A stretch of DNA of 62,652 bases, filler included, from Sphaeroforma arctica JP610 (taxonomy: Eukaryota), in the NCBI RefSeq assembly GCF_001186125.1. It is 6 parts of 3 records of this genome, joined end to end, with 100 filler letters (N's around TTAATTAATTAA, not from the genome) between each part and the next. Parts side by side here need not be neighbours in the genome. Positions count along the whole stretch, not along the records: positions 26,692 to 36,188 come from NW_014040555.1; positions 36,289 to 52,053 come from NW_014040555.1; 4 more parts are not named here. One strand, written 5' to 3'. The notes under the pieces were generated by a model. It was not told the origin of the DNA, searched no databases, and saw nothing but the letters and a program-made list of their open reading frames with translations. This document shows positions 28,090 through 42,229 of the stretch, piece after piece. A program made the translations under genes and the position numbers. The first letter of the stretch is position 1. Each line of letters begins with the position of its first letter.

Positions 28090-28682
28090 CTGGATAGGGT
28101 TGTAAGGTTTTGCAAGGATTTAGGGATGTAAAGTTTGGGGGTCGAGGTGGGACTATGTACGAGCATATGCAATGCTCATACATGCTTGAGTGCAATTTAC
28201 ATGTGCAAGTGTGTAAAGTGTAAATATGCATGCACACATATATATGTTTGAATGTATTTCGTATGTACTCGTGTAATACACACACACACACACGCACACA
28301 TATATATATATATATATATATATACGAATATATATATATATATCACGTGCGTGTAGTGTAAATATACATGCACACACGTACATGTTTGAATATATTTCAT
28401 ATGTACACGTATATATAGTGTATATGTGAGAAGTACTTTTTCCTGACTCGATTGCTCTGCATCAAACTTACCGCCAATCGCATGCTGACCAGCCAGATCT
28501 CGCAAAACAATCAATCAAGTCCTACTGATACTTACAATGCACAGAAGCACACATGATAAGTGCACATATACTCATAACTATAGAATATATATATATATAT
28601 ATACAGATATATGTATATATACGAGTATATATATAATATGTATAGTAAATATAATATATAATATATATAATAAAGTAATATA

Positions 28683-28726
<44 letters not shown>

Positions 28727-28763
28727 NATACTATAACTATATANNNNNNNNNNNNNNNNNNNN

Positions 28764-28836
<73 letters not shown>

Positions 28837-29683
28837 TATGTGCATATTTGTTTATATATATATATAAATGCCGAGATATGGTTTTATGCGAAATTGCAAA
28901 ATTATGAACCCATACTGAAGATGTCTTTGGTAGATATGTTATAGATGCATGATTGCGTTCATTTTCCTGTCGATCCGATCGCAAACTTGCATACCGTTTT
29001 CACTGCAATTATCATTGCTTTATTGTACACTAACACCGCAACTTATTATTTCCCGCTGAGATAGTATTAAGTAAATTATTATAACCATGTTTCTTCTTCG
29101 CGAGGTTTGTCAAAGTGTTGCTTATCAAATCCGTGTAACATGGGAAACTACATAACGTCCAGTCACGCTCCTTGTACTTTAAACATAGGTAAAATGTACA
29201 TATTTGCACTTTGCATATATTGCGCTTCGACCCAATAATGTTGGAAGCCTCAACACAATGGTATTTACACCTTAAGTACATCACTCCATATATTAGTCAA
29301 AGATATGCCGTGGTGAGGCTTTATCACAATGATATTCACATCTTAAGTACATCACTCCGTACACTAGACATAGATATACCGTGGTGAGACTCTCACACTA
29401 GCACATTGCATATTATGTCTGTTGATTTCGCTTCACACGTAGTCACACATCGACTTTGTTATGGCATAAGTTGCCCTAGAAATTGACTAGTACAGAATAT
29501 GGACATACATTGGCTTCCACCCATAACACAAATTAACGCGCAAAACTGACGACCGTGAGAAGTCGTTCGACATACATATCTCCGAATCCATGCATTGCCT
29601 CGGCAATCCGACCAGCAAGAGATGCCAACAGTATTTATTTTTCCACACAAGACCTTATTGTCTGATATATTCCACACGCACAG

Positions 29684-30853
29684 GACTTGGTGAGGAGGCA
29701 GCGGAAGTGTTTCAGCCACACCTCCGGTTTCGAATACGGATCAGACAAATTGATCAAGAGCAAAGGGCGGGGGATTAAACTTATCGTCGATGCTTTGCTA
29801 GATTACAATGTACAGGTATTGCTCGGTGCTCACACTGCTAGGCGAGTATTTGTGCAAGATTAATTGCATAGACTACGTATTGCTGTGACAGTACGTATTT
29901 GGTGGAGGAATGTATCTGCGGCCTTGGTGTGTTGCAAGTATGTTCATTATACATTGGATTTCGTGATCTACTGTGTGTCGCTCGTATGCGCACATAATTT
30001 TGCGTGCCTGATGACGCTGACAGATATTAGATTTTGTCTCTTCATCAAATTTGTTTGTAATCGCACTCCATCGGCACATCAATATTCGAGTCCGTGATCC
30101 AAGTATGTATCTCTCCTTAGTAACACCAATCCATAATAACCTGGTGCAAATTTGTGTATGGTAAATGATCTCGAAATGAAGAAAAGAATGCGGTTAGTAA
30201 GCCCTGGCTGTCCGGTTGGTCCGATCACTACGATATCTCATTGACTCGATAATAAAGCTGCAGTTTCTAGCCATGCCCGCTGCAGCATAGGAATAACATA
30301 TCAGCGTGTCATGGTTTAAGTGCAGAACTGCAAAAATGGGGGGGAATGTTTATGTTATTTAAATTGTGCTTGTTTCGTCCACGAAGGACTTTCAAATTTG
30401 GGAACAAATGCATCAATCTCAAATTTACACTCAACTTATATATTGATCTTAATAAAATGGATAACATCTTGCCCTTAAAAATACGGGACGCAGTATATAA
30501 CACAGTTCAATACTTCGTCATCATGCTGGGATCTGCAGGGAGCCCCTACAGGCACAGCGATGGAGTTGATTCAATGGGCGAACAAAATGGAGGCCCCTGT
30601 ACTCTCGCTAGACACACCCTCAGGTCTAGACAGCACCACTGGTGAGTCCGCAGGCGAGTGCATACATAGTACGTGGACTATGACATTGGCTCTGCCTAAA
30701 GCGGGACTATCTTCAGCAAAAGCAGGACAGGTGATACTAGCGGACGTAGGTATACCAGCCGGGTGTTATTCGATGCCCACGCTGGGGTTGCAGTATGTTA
30801 CACCGTTCGATAAGTGCGCGAGGATTCCTCTGCACGTGGCGAGAGTACAGTGA
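29684..30853 (+). CDS. nnrE: NAD(P)H-hydrate epimerase (YjeF_N), last two exons 29684-29815 and 30539-30853
   Basis: Phase-0 GT-AG intron joins KLIVDALLDYNVQ to GAPTGTAMELIQWAN..VLSLDTPSGLDSTTG..TMTLALPK..LADVGIP; 5' exons not located. Confidence 0.85.
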
Positions 30854-32343
30854 TAAAGAGGCACACATATATATGCTCGACAGTTCAGTGACAATACGTC
30901 CACATGTATATGCGCATATATTGTATTGTATGCCGCTATCAAGGCATATCTGCCGTCAAAAACAGGATATTTCATTCTGAACTCTTCTGTAGTGCGTTAC
31001 GGGGGTCGCACCTGGACAGTGATCATATGCCCTTTATTTATAACAATAGAAATTTGCCAGTGATCATCCAGATATCTGAATCTGTGGGGTACAGTGCCTT
31101 TCTTTACGTACGCAGTTGTCTAATACACTGAAAATAATTGAGTGGATTGGTATAGTTACTATCAGGGACACTTTCTGACACCCCTTGCACCCCTATACAA
31201 GCGAAATGGATTTATCATTGTCAGCGGTGTCTGAGTGTTTATCTCAGTGCAGGGAAGCCTCGGTGTGTCTTGCAAAAGGTTTCTATGCCATCGAATCCGA
31301 ACAATCGTTGTATCCCCCTGTCAGCAGTCGTAATTTCGCAGCAATTCGAATATGGAACTTAGTTTCACTTGTCCCTTGCGCGGTTGGGTGTATAGCTAAT
31401 TTTTCCATTGTGAGTATAGAAGGTTCCACCAGCTGTGCCATATTCATGTATATTACCTGGATTCGTTCCCGACATTGTGTAGAACCCTAGCTATTCGGTA
31501 CGCCCCTTGTACCGAAATCCAGTTCATTCCGTCTACATATGTTCTATAAATAGAAAAGGGGCGATTCTGGATTCACCACATACGTGAATTTTTATTTATC
31601 ACCCGGAATGACTGCTGAAGTACTCCACAGTCCAACACGGCCTATATTGTGTGAGACCGGAGGTAATGGAAAGAGTTTAGATTTAACGGCTCTATCAGCG
31701 CGCATACAGCATGCTTTGTGCCTCTGGGGTTCAGGTCTGCTCTACCGTGCGGTGCTCGTGCAACCTTGATCAAGGAGCTCAGAAATTATCAATTCTTTTA
31801 CAGAAAAAGCTGCGTGAGAGGAGTATTATAGCTGTCTTGTAGCACTATTGGCGTACATGTCTTATCTCAGCTACCCGGTCGTCACACCCAAATGCCAGGC
31901 ACGGTCAATATAAATTACACAGCAGATATGTGGATATAGATCACCAAACTCTGCAAAAACGCATGTCGGCTGCCGGTAAAGTCTGTTAATAATATATAGT
32001 TGGCTTTTCTCGCCGACAATATTGTCTCATATTCACAATGCCAATCACAACTAGTGGGAGTTCCAGAGCAAACATGCGGATAAGGACTAACCTCCTCACA
32101 TAAACCACACCATTAGAATACATCACTACTATAGAGTTATATGTATATATGTATATAGGTAGATACCTACACTCAGTACATACAGTAGCAGTCACGCAGC
32201 AGATATGTGATAAGAGTGAGTCAATCTTTTCAAAACACTGATTTAGCTGCTCCATAATACTTTGAGTACATGTATGTATTCTGCTTATTACTATATATGT
32301 ATTTTTAATTTTATTAGTATATCTTTATCCTATACTCGCTCAC

Positions 32344-35055
32344 CCAGGCGTCACATTCTCTCGGGTGCCAGCCACTGTCAATTGCAGACCCACACCGGAC
32401 GCGTGGCCTACTCCTCCCACCAACCTCTCGGGCTCTAGTGTTCTCTTATTAGCGCTTTCTGTATCCTCTGCCATATCAGTGCTGCATTCGGTCGTTCTGG
32501 AAATTCTTGTGGATCTCTCAGAACTTATTGAATACACTCTTCTCACATTCCCTTCGTCCTCACGCGAGGTCACGCAGACTGCGTCGTTACTTGAAATAAC
32601 AGCACTGTATGCGCTTGAGTCAGCTCCCGTTGTACAATCATTTGCAAGACTTGCGGTACTTGCGACAACAGGCTTATAGTTGCTTGCGCCACACCCATTA
32701 GTGCTGCTTGTGATTGTCTGGCGGGTGTTCGCACTCGCACTAGCAAGATTATGGGCCACCTGCGTGCTTTGCTCGTCTACAACAGTATTCACAACAGAAA
32801 CAATTCCGCCACTCCTACTTGAATCCCTGGTTGTACCAACCTTCTCCGCATCACCGGTGGTCGTGATTGTGTTCGTCACAGCAGAGGCCATACTGTTACT
32901 ACGTTCACCACCCACAATGTGTGTGGTCTCGCTATTCTCATCACATCTCTTCACAGACATACCCCTGTCAGCACTCACAGTCGTAACAACCACCGGCTCA
33001 CTCATAGCGCTGTTTTTGATAGTGGGTTTTTCTCCCTCATAGTGTAGAGTGCTACCCTCGCCTAAAGTATTGGCATCCCTAGCACCGCTTTTCTCCGTAA
33101 TTTGACGGTCTCCGGTATCGGTATTCTTGCTGCCACCACCACCTATATCACCAGCTTCGTCTTTAGAACTAACACCATTGCTCGTATCCCCGCCATTAGT
33201 ATTAGCACTGTTTTCTGTACAATCATCTCTCCTCGTTTCTCCGCCACCAGCCGTGTGCTTGCCCTCACTCTCATCCCCCGACTTTAGCGGAAAATCAAAC
33301 GCTCGTGCATGCGCAGCACACCGTTGGCCTTCAGGGAAACGCAGCACAGGCCTGTCACACAAAGGAAGCTTCTCTACGCCCTCGCACATGGCATCGTAGC
33401 GCGAAAGCACGTCTTTAGAAGTGTCAAATCCACACTGCACATACAACACTTGCTTGGTGTCGTATGCGATGTGCCGCTTACAGTAGCGGCTGGCAGTGAT
33501 AGGTGCGCGCGTGCACTTGACCTTCGTAGCGTGCGGGTACTTGTGCACCTTCTCTGTCGTGTAGTATCTCGGTGCAGCAAGTTGTGAGTGTGCTACATGT
33601 GTATCCCCACTCGTACCCGCATGACTTGGTGTATTGGCAAGTGTAGGTATGTTCTCGGTTGTGCAAACAGTGGAAAAGGCACAAGTAACCGGAGCGCCCA
33701 CACGCACCTCATTGAGCATCTGTCGTTGCATCTCGAGCTGTGCTTGAACTCCGCGTCGACGTTTATAACTGTGTGTCCGCAGAAGTGTATCAGATTAAAG
33801 AAGTTGCAAAAAAAATCGAAAACAAATCGCAGAAGCAGGCTCTAAAGAAGTGAAAGCGAGCTTTGTAACCTTAATTTCTGATTTTGCAATCAATTGACTG
33901 ACTTGGAAGTGATATAAATGTGGTAGCCGGTAGTGGTTATATTGTAGAAGAGTTATACGAAAACCAACACTCTGTGCAAACCCAACACTCGCTCATACCT
34001 TCGTATATTGTCTTCCAACTTCCTTTTCCTACTACATTCCTTCCGTTCTCCTGTATTGTCAGTACCGTCACGCGGTTGTCCGTTCGAGAGTGCTTCCGCA
34101 TGAGAACCTGTATGTGGTACGACTTTAGTCTCACGGTCGTCGTATTGAATCTCGTCGTCAGAATCACCCTCAGCCCATCGAAAGTACTCTTTGTGGTACA
34201 GATGTTGTACTCGCTCGATCTGATTTGCGTATAGTTCCTTGAGCTGTGGGGTGGAGACAAAATACGCAATAAATTAAGAGAATATTCAAGAGCAGATACT
34301 TATAGAGCATTCCGTGGGTAAAGATGATCAATGCAAATTATTCCTGAGCTATCGACTCCTGTAAATACGCGTATAAGTTGTGCACAGTGCTCGGAAAGAA
34401 AAGATGGTACGTTCACTAGCGAAATTTTCTTCTATCGTATATGTCATTGCCATTGGATCAGTCCTGTATAAAGGCCCCATGTGTCCATGACAGGCATACC
34501 GAGAGATTTCAAACGCAGTAATACTTTTACAATCCTCTTGTCTCCGCATTCCAGTCACGAATGAATCAGCGTTGGGCACAACCGACCTCACTCATTCACT
34601 CCACAGCTTGCAAACCCAACCTCAACATGCACGTACAATGCACAAGCAATCACACAGAGGGCACACATCATTTTAAATTGTACACATGCGCTACATGCTC
34701 ACACACAAGCATCATACGCATACGCATACTCTATACATACGCACAAGTTCAACCCACAAACCCTATTGAAGACTTTGACACGACGCTCTAGCAGCTCCTC
34801 TTTGGTCATGGCCGTCATAGGCGTGCTAAGTCCGCCATCACTCTCCACTCCAGTTAAGTCGCCATTGTCCGATATCCCGTATCCGAACCCCCACTCAGAA
34901 TGATCCACCAACTTCGGATCGTCACTCTCGTATTCCAAGGCAGACAGCGCCGGCTTTCCCGTCGGAACCATTGGGACAGGTTTGCTATTCTCTACACCAT
35001 TCACTCTCGGAGGTACCTCTGTGAGGCTGCTCCTCGTGTGCGTGTGTGTTTGTGT

Positions 35056-35088
<33 letters not shown>

Positions 35089-35946
35089 CGGGTGTGTATG
35101 CATGTTTACGCCATTGTTTGTGTGCGTGTGTATACTTATGCTGGTCGCAGCGCTTGGCTGAGTGATACCGGTGGTACTTGCAATACTGTGCTGATGTCTC
35201 CCGCGATTGCCTGTATCCCTGTCTACGTTGGCACTCACACTGTTCCTGGAATTGATACGCTTGGTTACACTGATAGTGGCACGTTTCCGTGTCGGTGGGG
35301 GTGCTTGTTGTTGTGCCTGTGACTGCGATTGGGCTTGTGCTTGGGCTTGGGTTTGGGCTTGTGCTTGTGCTTGTGCTTGTGCTTGTATTTGTAGTTGTGT
35401 ATGAGTTTGCCCGAGTGTCCCCTGCTGCACATTTGTGTCCTGAGCATGCACACCAGCGCCTGTGTATGTGAGTGGCTTCGACATGGTATCTACATAGCTG
35501 TCCATAACCGGTTGTGAGCTTCCATCCATCTGCGTGTGTACATGGCCCTGTGCATGTACCGTTGTGTCCGCATACTCATATCCAGGTTGCTGCCTTTGCG
35601 CTGGCGCTGGCTGCTCAGTTTCAACTGACGTTCCTTTATCTGTCCCGGTCGGGAACTGCACACAGACCTTCTGCGAATGTACTAGTTGTGTGTGGGGCGT
35701 ATCCGAGGGCACCTCTCCTGCTACAGTTGACTGCGCCACTGAGCCCTCCGATACTGGTAGCGTGCGTTGCTGTTGAGTAGTAGAGTGCACCTGAGAAGTA
35801 ACATGCTGACTAGGAACGTATGCAGGCGTAATATCGCGCGCTATAAGAAGTTTCCCGCTTTCGTTGACATCTGATGATACGGTAAGAGTAGAACAATGGG
35901 TCACCTGTGGCGAAATCCCTCCTACGCTATTGACTCCAGCGACCAT
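32344..35946 (-). CDS. KANSL2: KAT8 regulatory NSL complex subunit 2 / INO80D-like; exons 35946-34762, 34243-33999, 33768-about 32344
   Basis: Phase-consistent splicing gives TKEELLERRVKVFNR|LKELYANQIERVQHL...IRS|YKRRRGVQAQL; zf-C3Hc3H pattern C.....SRYCKRHIAYDTKQVLYVQC...CDRPV...CAAH. Confidence 0.75.
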
Positions 35947-36157
35947 CTAACAAAATTTTAGAAGTGAAAAAGTTGTCAATCACGAGTTGATGAATTAGAA
36001 ATGGGAATAGTGCAAGTGAAATAAGCAGTGTAAATTATAGACACCAATGAGGTGTGATCAAGAAGTATAAAGTACACGACAACTGAGAGTCATCGTACTA
36101 CTGGGTTCACCAAACGATCGAAAGGTATATATATATATACATGTGTGTGTGTGTGTA

Positions 36158-36188
<31 letters not shown>

Positions 36189-36288
36189 NNNNNNNNNNNN
36201 NNNNNNNNNNNNNNNNNNNNNNNNNNNNNNNNTTAATTAATTAANNNNNNNNNNNNNNNNNNNNNNNNNNNNNNNNNNNNNNNNNNNN
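36189..36288. other. Artificial spacer
   Basis: N44-TTAATTAATTAA-N44. Confidence 0.97.
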
Positions 36289-37080
36289 TTACTACATGCC
36301 GACGACGATAAATTCCGAAGAGTGTCCATGTCCAAGTGTAAATCCGCAGGTTCCAAAAAAATTATTACCAGGCGATTTCACCAGAGTTTTCAATTCCTGA
36401 TACCAATCCGGACCATTAGCCGGCATCTCATCAGGGGTCAGAATTGTTTGTGCCCGATTTTGAGCGTTCTTCAACAACCGCTCTCTGCAAGTAGCATGGA
36501 CATTGTCGTAAGGAGCCACCTGAGGTACAGGTTTCGTACGTCCAATTCTACGCTTCACCGGGCTAATTTGCTTTCACGTTATTAGCCCCGTTGTCAGGTA
36601 ACTGGATGGTGGGTGTCGACCCTGCCTGCGTTGGGTATTGAGGAGCCCAATGTGGTTGCACTATTGATGCGGCCTGGGACTCAGAAAAATCCTCATCCAC
36701 TGTCGCCTGGTCCGTGTCCTGGGGCGTAGACGTGTCAATATCTGCCAGTGACAATTCACGGAGTTGGCGGAGTTGCTCTTGAATGAGAGGAATATTTTCC
36801 GTGGCCTCCTGCACATGCATTATCGTATTCAAGTGTCCTTCTTGATCATAAATCCAGTCTGGGGACTGTCTAAGCCTGTCCAAGGTTGCGATTGATAATT
36901 GAGCCTCCGAAAGTAAACGGGTCAATTCCACATGGATTTCCACTTTCTTATCGTCTTCGGATGCAGGTTTCTTGGCAAGTGCTGTTTCCACCTTATTCCA
37001 TAGCACGGTTAAACGGCAAAGAGCTCCAATCAATCGTCTCGGCAGCCGTAGTCAACGGTCTAGTCTTGGGTCCCGTCATC
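36289..37080 (-). pseudogene. Frameshifted intronless ORF remnants, probably transposon-derived (gag-like?)
   Basis: Two abutting ORFs (156 and 88 aa) next to a TE cluster; no diagnostic motif. Confidence 0.3.
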
Positions 37081-37888
37081 GTGGAAAAAATTAAAAGTAA
37101 ACTAAGTTGCTTTTTAGTTGATTTAATCTTTAAAGAACGTAGTATAATAAATACAGTAGCTTAGCCACTTAAAAATGTAGTCAAAACCGAGTTGCGCTTA
37201 GTCAAAAGTGTGAAGTCTGAAACAAGTAAACTCTGTCAGAAGTGCCGTTATGAACGGCGTGTCTGCTGTATTGATTAATCATGTTCCTATGTTGGACGAG
37301 ATCTTCTCTAACAACGGCAGATTGTGAAAAAATTCGTATCTAAGATTATGGTCTCCTAGTTACTAAACAATCATGATGTCTGATGAGTCATCATTCTCTC
37401 TCACTAAATTATATATTCTACTATCTGGTCCAGTCCTCGGGTCCAACCCTCAATCAAATCCTCTCAGGCCCGGTCATCTGTTACGGTCCTAAACAAATCC
37501 TCTTAGGTCCGGTCCTCTAGTCCGGTCCTAAATTCCTCTTGTCGGTCCGGACCTCTGATCCGCTCCTACATCTCCGTCTACGGTACTTTGTCCACAAACT
37601 CCACACCATATTGTTATCGTGTGCAAAAGTTTGCCACACAGCGCCAAATCGATATTAAAGATGTCCAATTTCTGACTGAGGAGAATGGCCAATGAACACC
37701 AGACGGTCGTACAGCTATCCGATCGGCTGCACCGGCCTCCTACAATATTCCCCCAGATTGATTCCTTGCATCTAGCGACCCGGATGTGATTGTCCTCTTT
37801 CAATGTCACATCACGCCACTGGGCCAGCTTATACCTGACGTCCAACAGGCAGACCTCACTCCTGAACCCTACGACGCTGGACTTCTTC

Positions 37889-38858
37889 TGTAGAAAAACG
37901 GCCTCCGGTCAGTCTAAAATATCAAGATCAATTGAGATAATACATTGGTTTTTATTTGTATTTTAAACAATTTAATACAAGCTCTTTTTCCAATATTTCC
38001 AAAGTGTTCTAAATNNNNNNNNNNNNNNNNNNNNNNNNNNNNNNNNNNNNNNNNNNNNNNNNNNNNNNNNNNNNNNNNNNNNNNNNNNNNNNNNNNNNNN
38101 NNNNNNNNNNNNNNNNNNNNNNNNNNNNNNNNNNNNNNNNNNNNNNNNNNNNNNNNNNNNNNNNNNNNNNNNNNNNNNNNNNNNNNNNNNNNNNNNNNNN
38201 NNNNNNNNNNNNNNNNNNNNNNNNNNNNNNNNNNNNNNNNNNNNNNNNNNNNNNNNNNNNNNNNNNNNNNNNNNNNNNNNNNNNNNNNNNNNNNNNNNNN
38301 NNNNNNNNNNNNNNNNNNNNNNNNNNNNNNNNNNNNNNNNNNNNNNNNNNNNNNNNNNNNNNNNNNNNNNNNNNNNNNNNNNNNNNNNNNNNNNNNNNNN
38401 NNNNNNNNNNNNNNNNNNNNNNNNNNNNNNNNNNNNNNNNNNNNNNNNNNNNNNNNNNNNNNNNNNNNNNNNNNNNNNNNNNNNNNNNNNNNNNNNNNNN
38501 NNNNNNNNNNNNNNNNNNNNNNNNNNNNNNNNNNNNNNNNNNNNNNNNNNNNNNNNNNNNNNNNNNNNNNNNNNNNNNNNNNNNNNNNNNNNNNNNNNNN
38601 NNNNNNNNNNNNNNNNNNNNNNNNNNNNNNNNNNNNNNNNNNNNNNNNNNNNNNNNNNNNNNNNNNNNNNNATCTAGTGAAAATTATTCAATAAAGAACA
38701 GCTAGAGGTACGCCCTGTGTGATCGAGGATATTTAGGCTCATAACAAGAGGCAGTCCCGATCATTCTTACACAAGCTACCACTGCTAAATCCTAACTGAC
38801 TAAATTGTATTTTTGTTTAATATAGTTTGAAACCTAGTAATTTCCATCGAAGTTTACA
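37889..38858 (+). mobile_element. Probable solo LTR family B (TGTA...TACA), centre in a gap
   Basis: First about 120 bp match 59155-59274; flanks CTTC/CCTC form a near 4-bp TSD. Confidence 0.55.
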
Positions 38859-39480
38859 CCTCCAGCTTGTCCCTCACCCACTATCAGCCCTGAGCCTTGA
38901 CCAACTGCCCTACCACCGGTAATTACCCCTCCACCCCAAACTACCCCAACGACTCTCGCACCCCCATATCAAACAACCACACCCATCGCGGCGGCTCTCT
39001 CCCACAGGATGTTGCTCAGACAACCCAGACGCACCCCACAACCATGTCAGCTACACCCCCCCCTTATACTCTCACACGAAATCCTGAACAACGTCCTCCC
39101 GTTACTGACCCCTTTCATACTCCGCCACCAATTTTTCTTACCCCACCGGACTCTCTTCCGCCATCATTCAATCAACCTCGACCCATGCGCCGACCGTCCG
39201 CCCCTACAACAGCCCAACAGCGCTCAGCACTACCTGCAACTTCCCACCCTGTCGACTCCATACCGCTTAAACGCATGTCACCACATACTACGACATCCTC
39301 CCAAGCTTCTCCCTCGGATGATCCGCTGAGCCCTCGATCGCCTGTCTTCGCGCCCTCCCTACATTTCTCCAAGCTGTTTGCTCCATCACATACCGCTCGT
39401 CCGGAGGTCACAACTACATGCTGCCTTTTACGACCCCAATGTTCCTAAATTAATTGCCTCGGCTCGTAAACCCCCCTTTT

Positions 39481-40242
39481 TGTAATAGCCGGGCCTCCAC
39501 ATTAGACTCTATGCTATAAACGTACTCTTAAGCAGTACGTAAACTATAAACGTACTCTTAATAGCACGAGGAACTTAAGTTTCCTAATATGGTTTTTAAT
39601 GGTTTTATTAATTAAACCTTTTTCATTTTACATCTCAGATATTTGGACAAGGTCTTTAAAAGGCCCCAGTAAAATACCAAACATAAGATTTAGTCTAGTT
39701 CCATTAATAGAACTATATTTACTTTCCAAATATATTTATATCTGAATACTTCGGTAGCGAGATGGCTCAACCGAACATAGGTTTCTAAGAACTATTAGCG
39801 TTGCTTAGTTTATCTCCCGTTCAGCCAACCAGATGTGCCAGTCTGATGAAGGATAAATCGTTAATTCTTGATAAGTGGCAAGTTATTGTTTAATGCAATA
39901 ACTAAGGACATCAGGAGTATTTTTCTTTTTTCTATTCTTTTTTTCTAAAGATATGATTTTATGAGTCTCTCGGATTCGCCCCAACGAAACGTACCATAGT
40001 TTCTATTAGAGCGACAACAAAACACTAAATAAAATCCCTTCGGCGAAAACAGTACTGAGAGGATTATATATAGGCAATGTCTCAGCCTCACAATCCCTCA
40101 GAGTATTGCTGTTTTCACGAGGCATACCTAACTTTACTAAAAGAGGGTTTTAATTTATTTCGAACTTAACTATACTTAGACTTAACCTAAGCGTTTAATT
40201 ACTCTAAGGCGATAATATCGCCATGATAGACCGAATCTTACA
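39481..40242 (+). mobile_element. Solo LTR family A (TGTAA...TTACA) with TTTT target-site duplication
   Basis: Inverted copy at 58390-59148; removing it plus one TTTT restores the Copia frame RKPPFWPSWAAAIE. Confidence 0.85.
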
Positions 40243-42229
40243 TTTTGGCCCTCATGGGCAGCCGCCATAGAAACTGAAAGAAGCAACCGACTGCGCAACG
40301 ACTTGGCAGATGTCATCCCCCTCACCAATGTCCCCCCAAGCCCCACCATATGTAATCATAGTAAATATATTTTTGCTCTAAAGCATGATGAACATAAAAA
40401 AGCTCACACGCTTCAAATGGTGGCCCGGAGGGACGAGCAACAAAACGGGGACAGTTCTACTGATACGTATGCTCCTGCCGCCCACTCCACGCCCCTCCAC
40501 CTTTTTGTTTTGCGAAGGCCGCATTTGAGCTAAAGGTCGTCCATCACACTTTGACGTGACGTCTGCCTACCACTACAGTGAACTGGACTTCCCAGTTTAC
40601 ATGTTTCCTCCCAAGGGCTCCGACCAACTTGGGCACTATCTACCAAACCATGTTCTCCGGTTGAAACGTGGTCGTTATGGATTGCGCCAGTTCAGGCATA
40701 CAACCTATGGGATTTCAACATCGGTGCTAAATTGACCGAAACAGGGTTCGTTCAATCTGAGGCCGACAAGTCAATTTGGATCCACAGCACTCGCGACATG
40801 GTAGTAATCTACGTTAATGAGATCCTCCCGGCAGTAGACCAATCCACGTCTGACGCCCCATCAACATGAATAATCTCGGCCTTGCTCACCATGTTGTTGG
40901 TTTTTGCGTTATTCAGAGGACCCTTCTGGCACAACATTCCTCCTCCAAGAGGCGTAGATTCAACGAATGATTGACTCCTTTCATGTACAAGACATCTCTA
41001 CCAAACCTCCTCCTGGTTCTAGTACCCACCCAGGCGCACTTACAGGTGACGCCTTCACCGGCAAAGGCCGCAGTCTCCTCGGGGCTCTTGGCTTTGTCGC
41101 TAACACAAATAGGGTGAACATTGCTTGCGCCATAAATAAGTTCGCAGCCTTTCCAGCCAACCCTCTCGTCCCTCACTATGACGCCCTCCTTTGCGTCTTA
41201 CTCTATCTTGCTGGCACTATTACTTTTCTTCTCTCACCCGAACATCCGATCAAACCCTCTATTATCCGGGTCTTAGTACAGAACCATCACATCTTGTAGT
41301 AACTTAGTGTAATAGCATAAACATAGTAAGTTACGAGTTAATCACAAAAGTGGTAGAAGCTCATAATACATAATATATAAATAAAGATATTATATCCACT
41401 TCTACTATGACTAAGGGATATTTATGTGTATTTCACCGGCAAAGACTGCAGTCTCCTCGGGGATCTCGGCTTTGCCGCAACATAACTAGGGTGAACATTG
41501 CTTGCGCCATAAATCAGTTCGGAGCCTTTCCAGCCAATTCTCTCGACCCTCACTATGACGCCCTCCTTTGCGTCTTACTCTATCTTGCCGGCACTATTAC
41601 TTTTCTCCTCACTGATCGCCCCCGAACATCTGATCAAACCCTAGATACAGCTCTTTTATCGTATAGCGATTCTGACTGGGCCTCATGCCCTCTCACTTGC
41701 AAATCACATACGGGCGCGCTGATCTTTTTTAATTCTAAGCCAATTTACTGGTGATCTCAAAAGCAGACGACCGTTTCCATTAGCTCTGGGAAAGCGGAGT
41801 ATATCGCGGGATCGGAAACCACGCGATCGATTGCTTGGATTCGTAACCTGATGCATGCATTGGTCTACAAGCTTTCACTTCCCACACGTCTCCACATCGA
41901 TAACCAGATGCTATCAAATTGCTCTCGGCACAGGTACACCGAAGGGGCTCAAACGTATCGATATACGCCATCACCACATTCGGGATTGTCTTAGACAAAC
42001 AAGGTATGATCTACGCACGATAACCCTGCAGACCTTTTGACCAAAAGCCTCTAGCTCATCCGAAACATACTACTTTTCGAGATATGTTAATGTACGATTA
42101 ACACAATTAGCACGAGGACCTTAATAAATCGTCCCATGAGCAATACAATATGGTTTCATTATGTATAAATAGGGTTTTCACTTTATAATAAATAAACATA
42201 CAGTTACTAAGAAACATCGGACGAAGATG

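Larger units (their letters stand above)
37570..42100 (+). mobile_element. Degenerate Ty1/Copia retrotransposon (post-integrase region, RT, RNase H) interrupted by two LTRs
   Basis: YCYRV...KDVQF..E; WAAAIETE; KYIFALK; FDVTSAY..VYMFPPKG; LKRGRYGLRQ; IYVNE (YVDD decayed); YSDSDWA; AEYIA; KRIDIRHHHIRD; many stops and frameshifts. Confidence 0.9.

Noticed and set aside
30900..32000. Possible coding remnant between nnrE and KANSL2-like genes
   Set aside because: The frames I translated contain stops and no recognisable motif.
33937..34269. 110-aa ORF from the track
   Set aside because: The KANSL2-like exon uses a different frame of the same strand.
37945..38694. 249-aa ORF
   Set aside because: Almost entirely an N gap.
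42085..42216. Possible 3' LTR of the Copia element (TGTT...AACA)
   Set aside because: No second copy or clear polypurine tract in the window.
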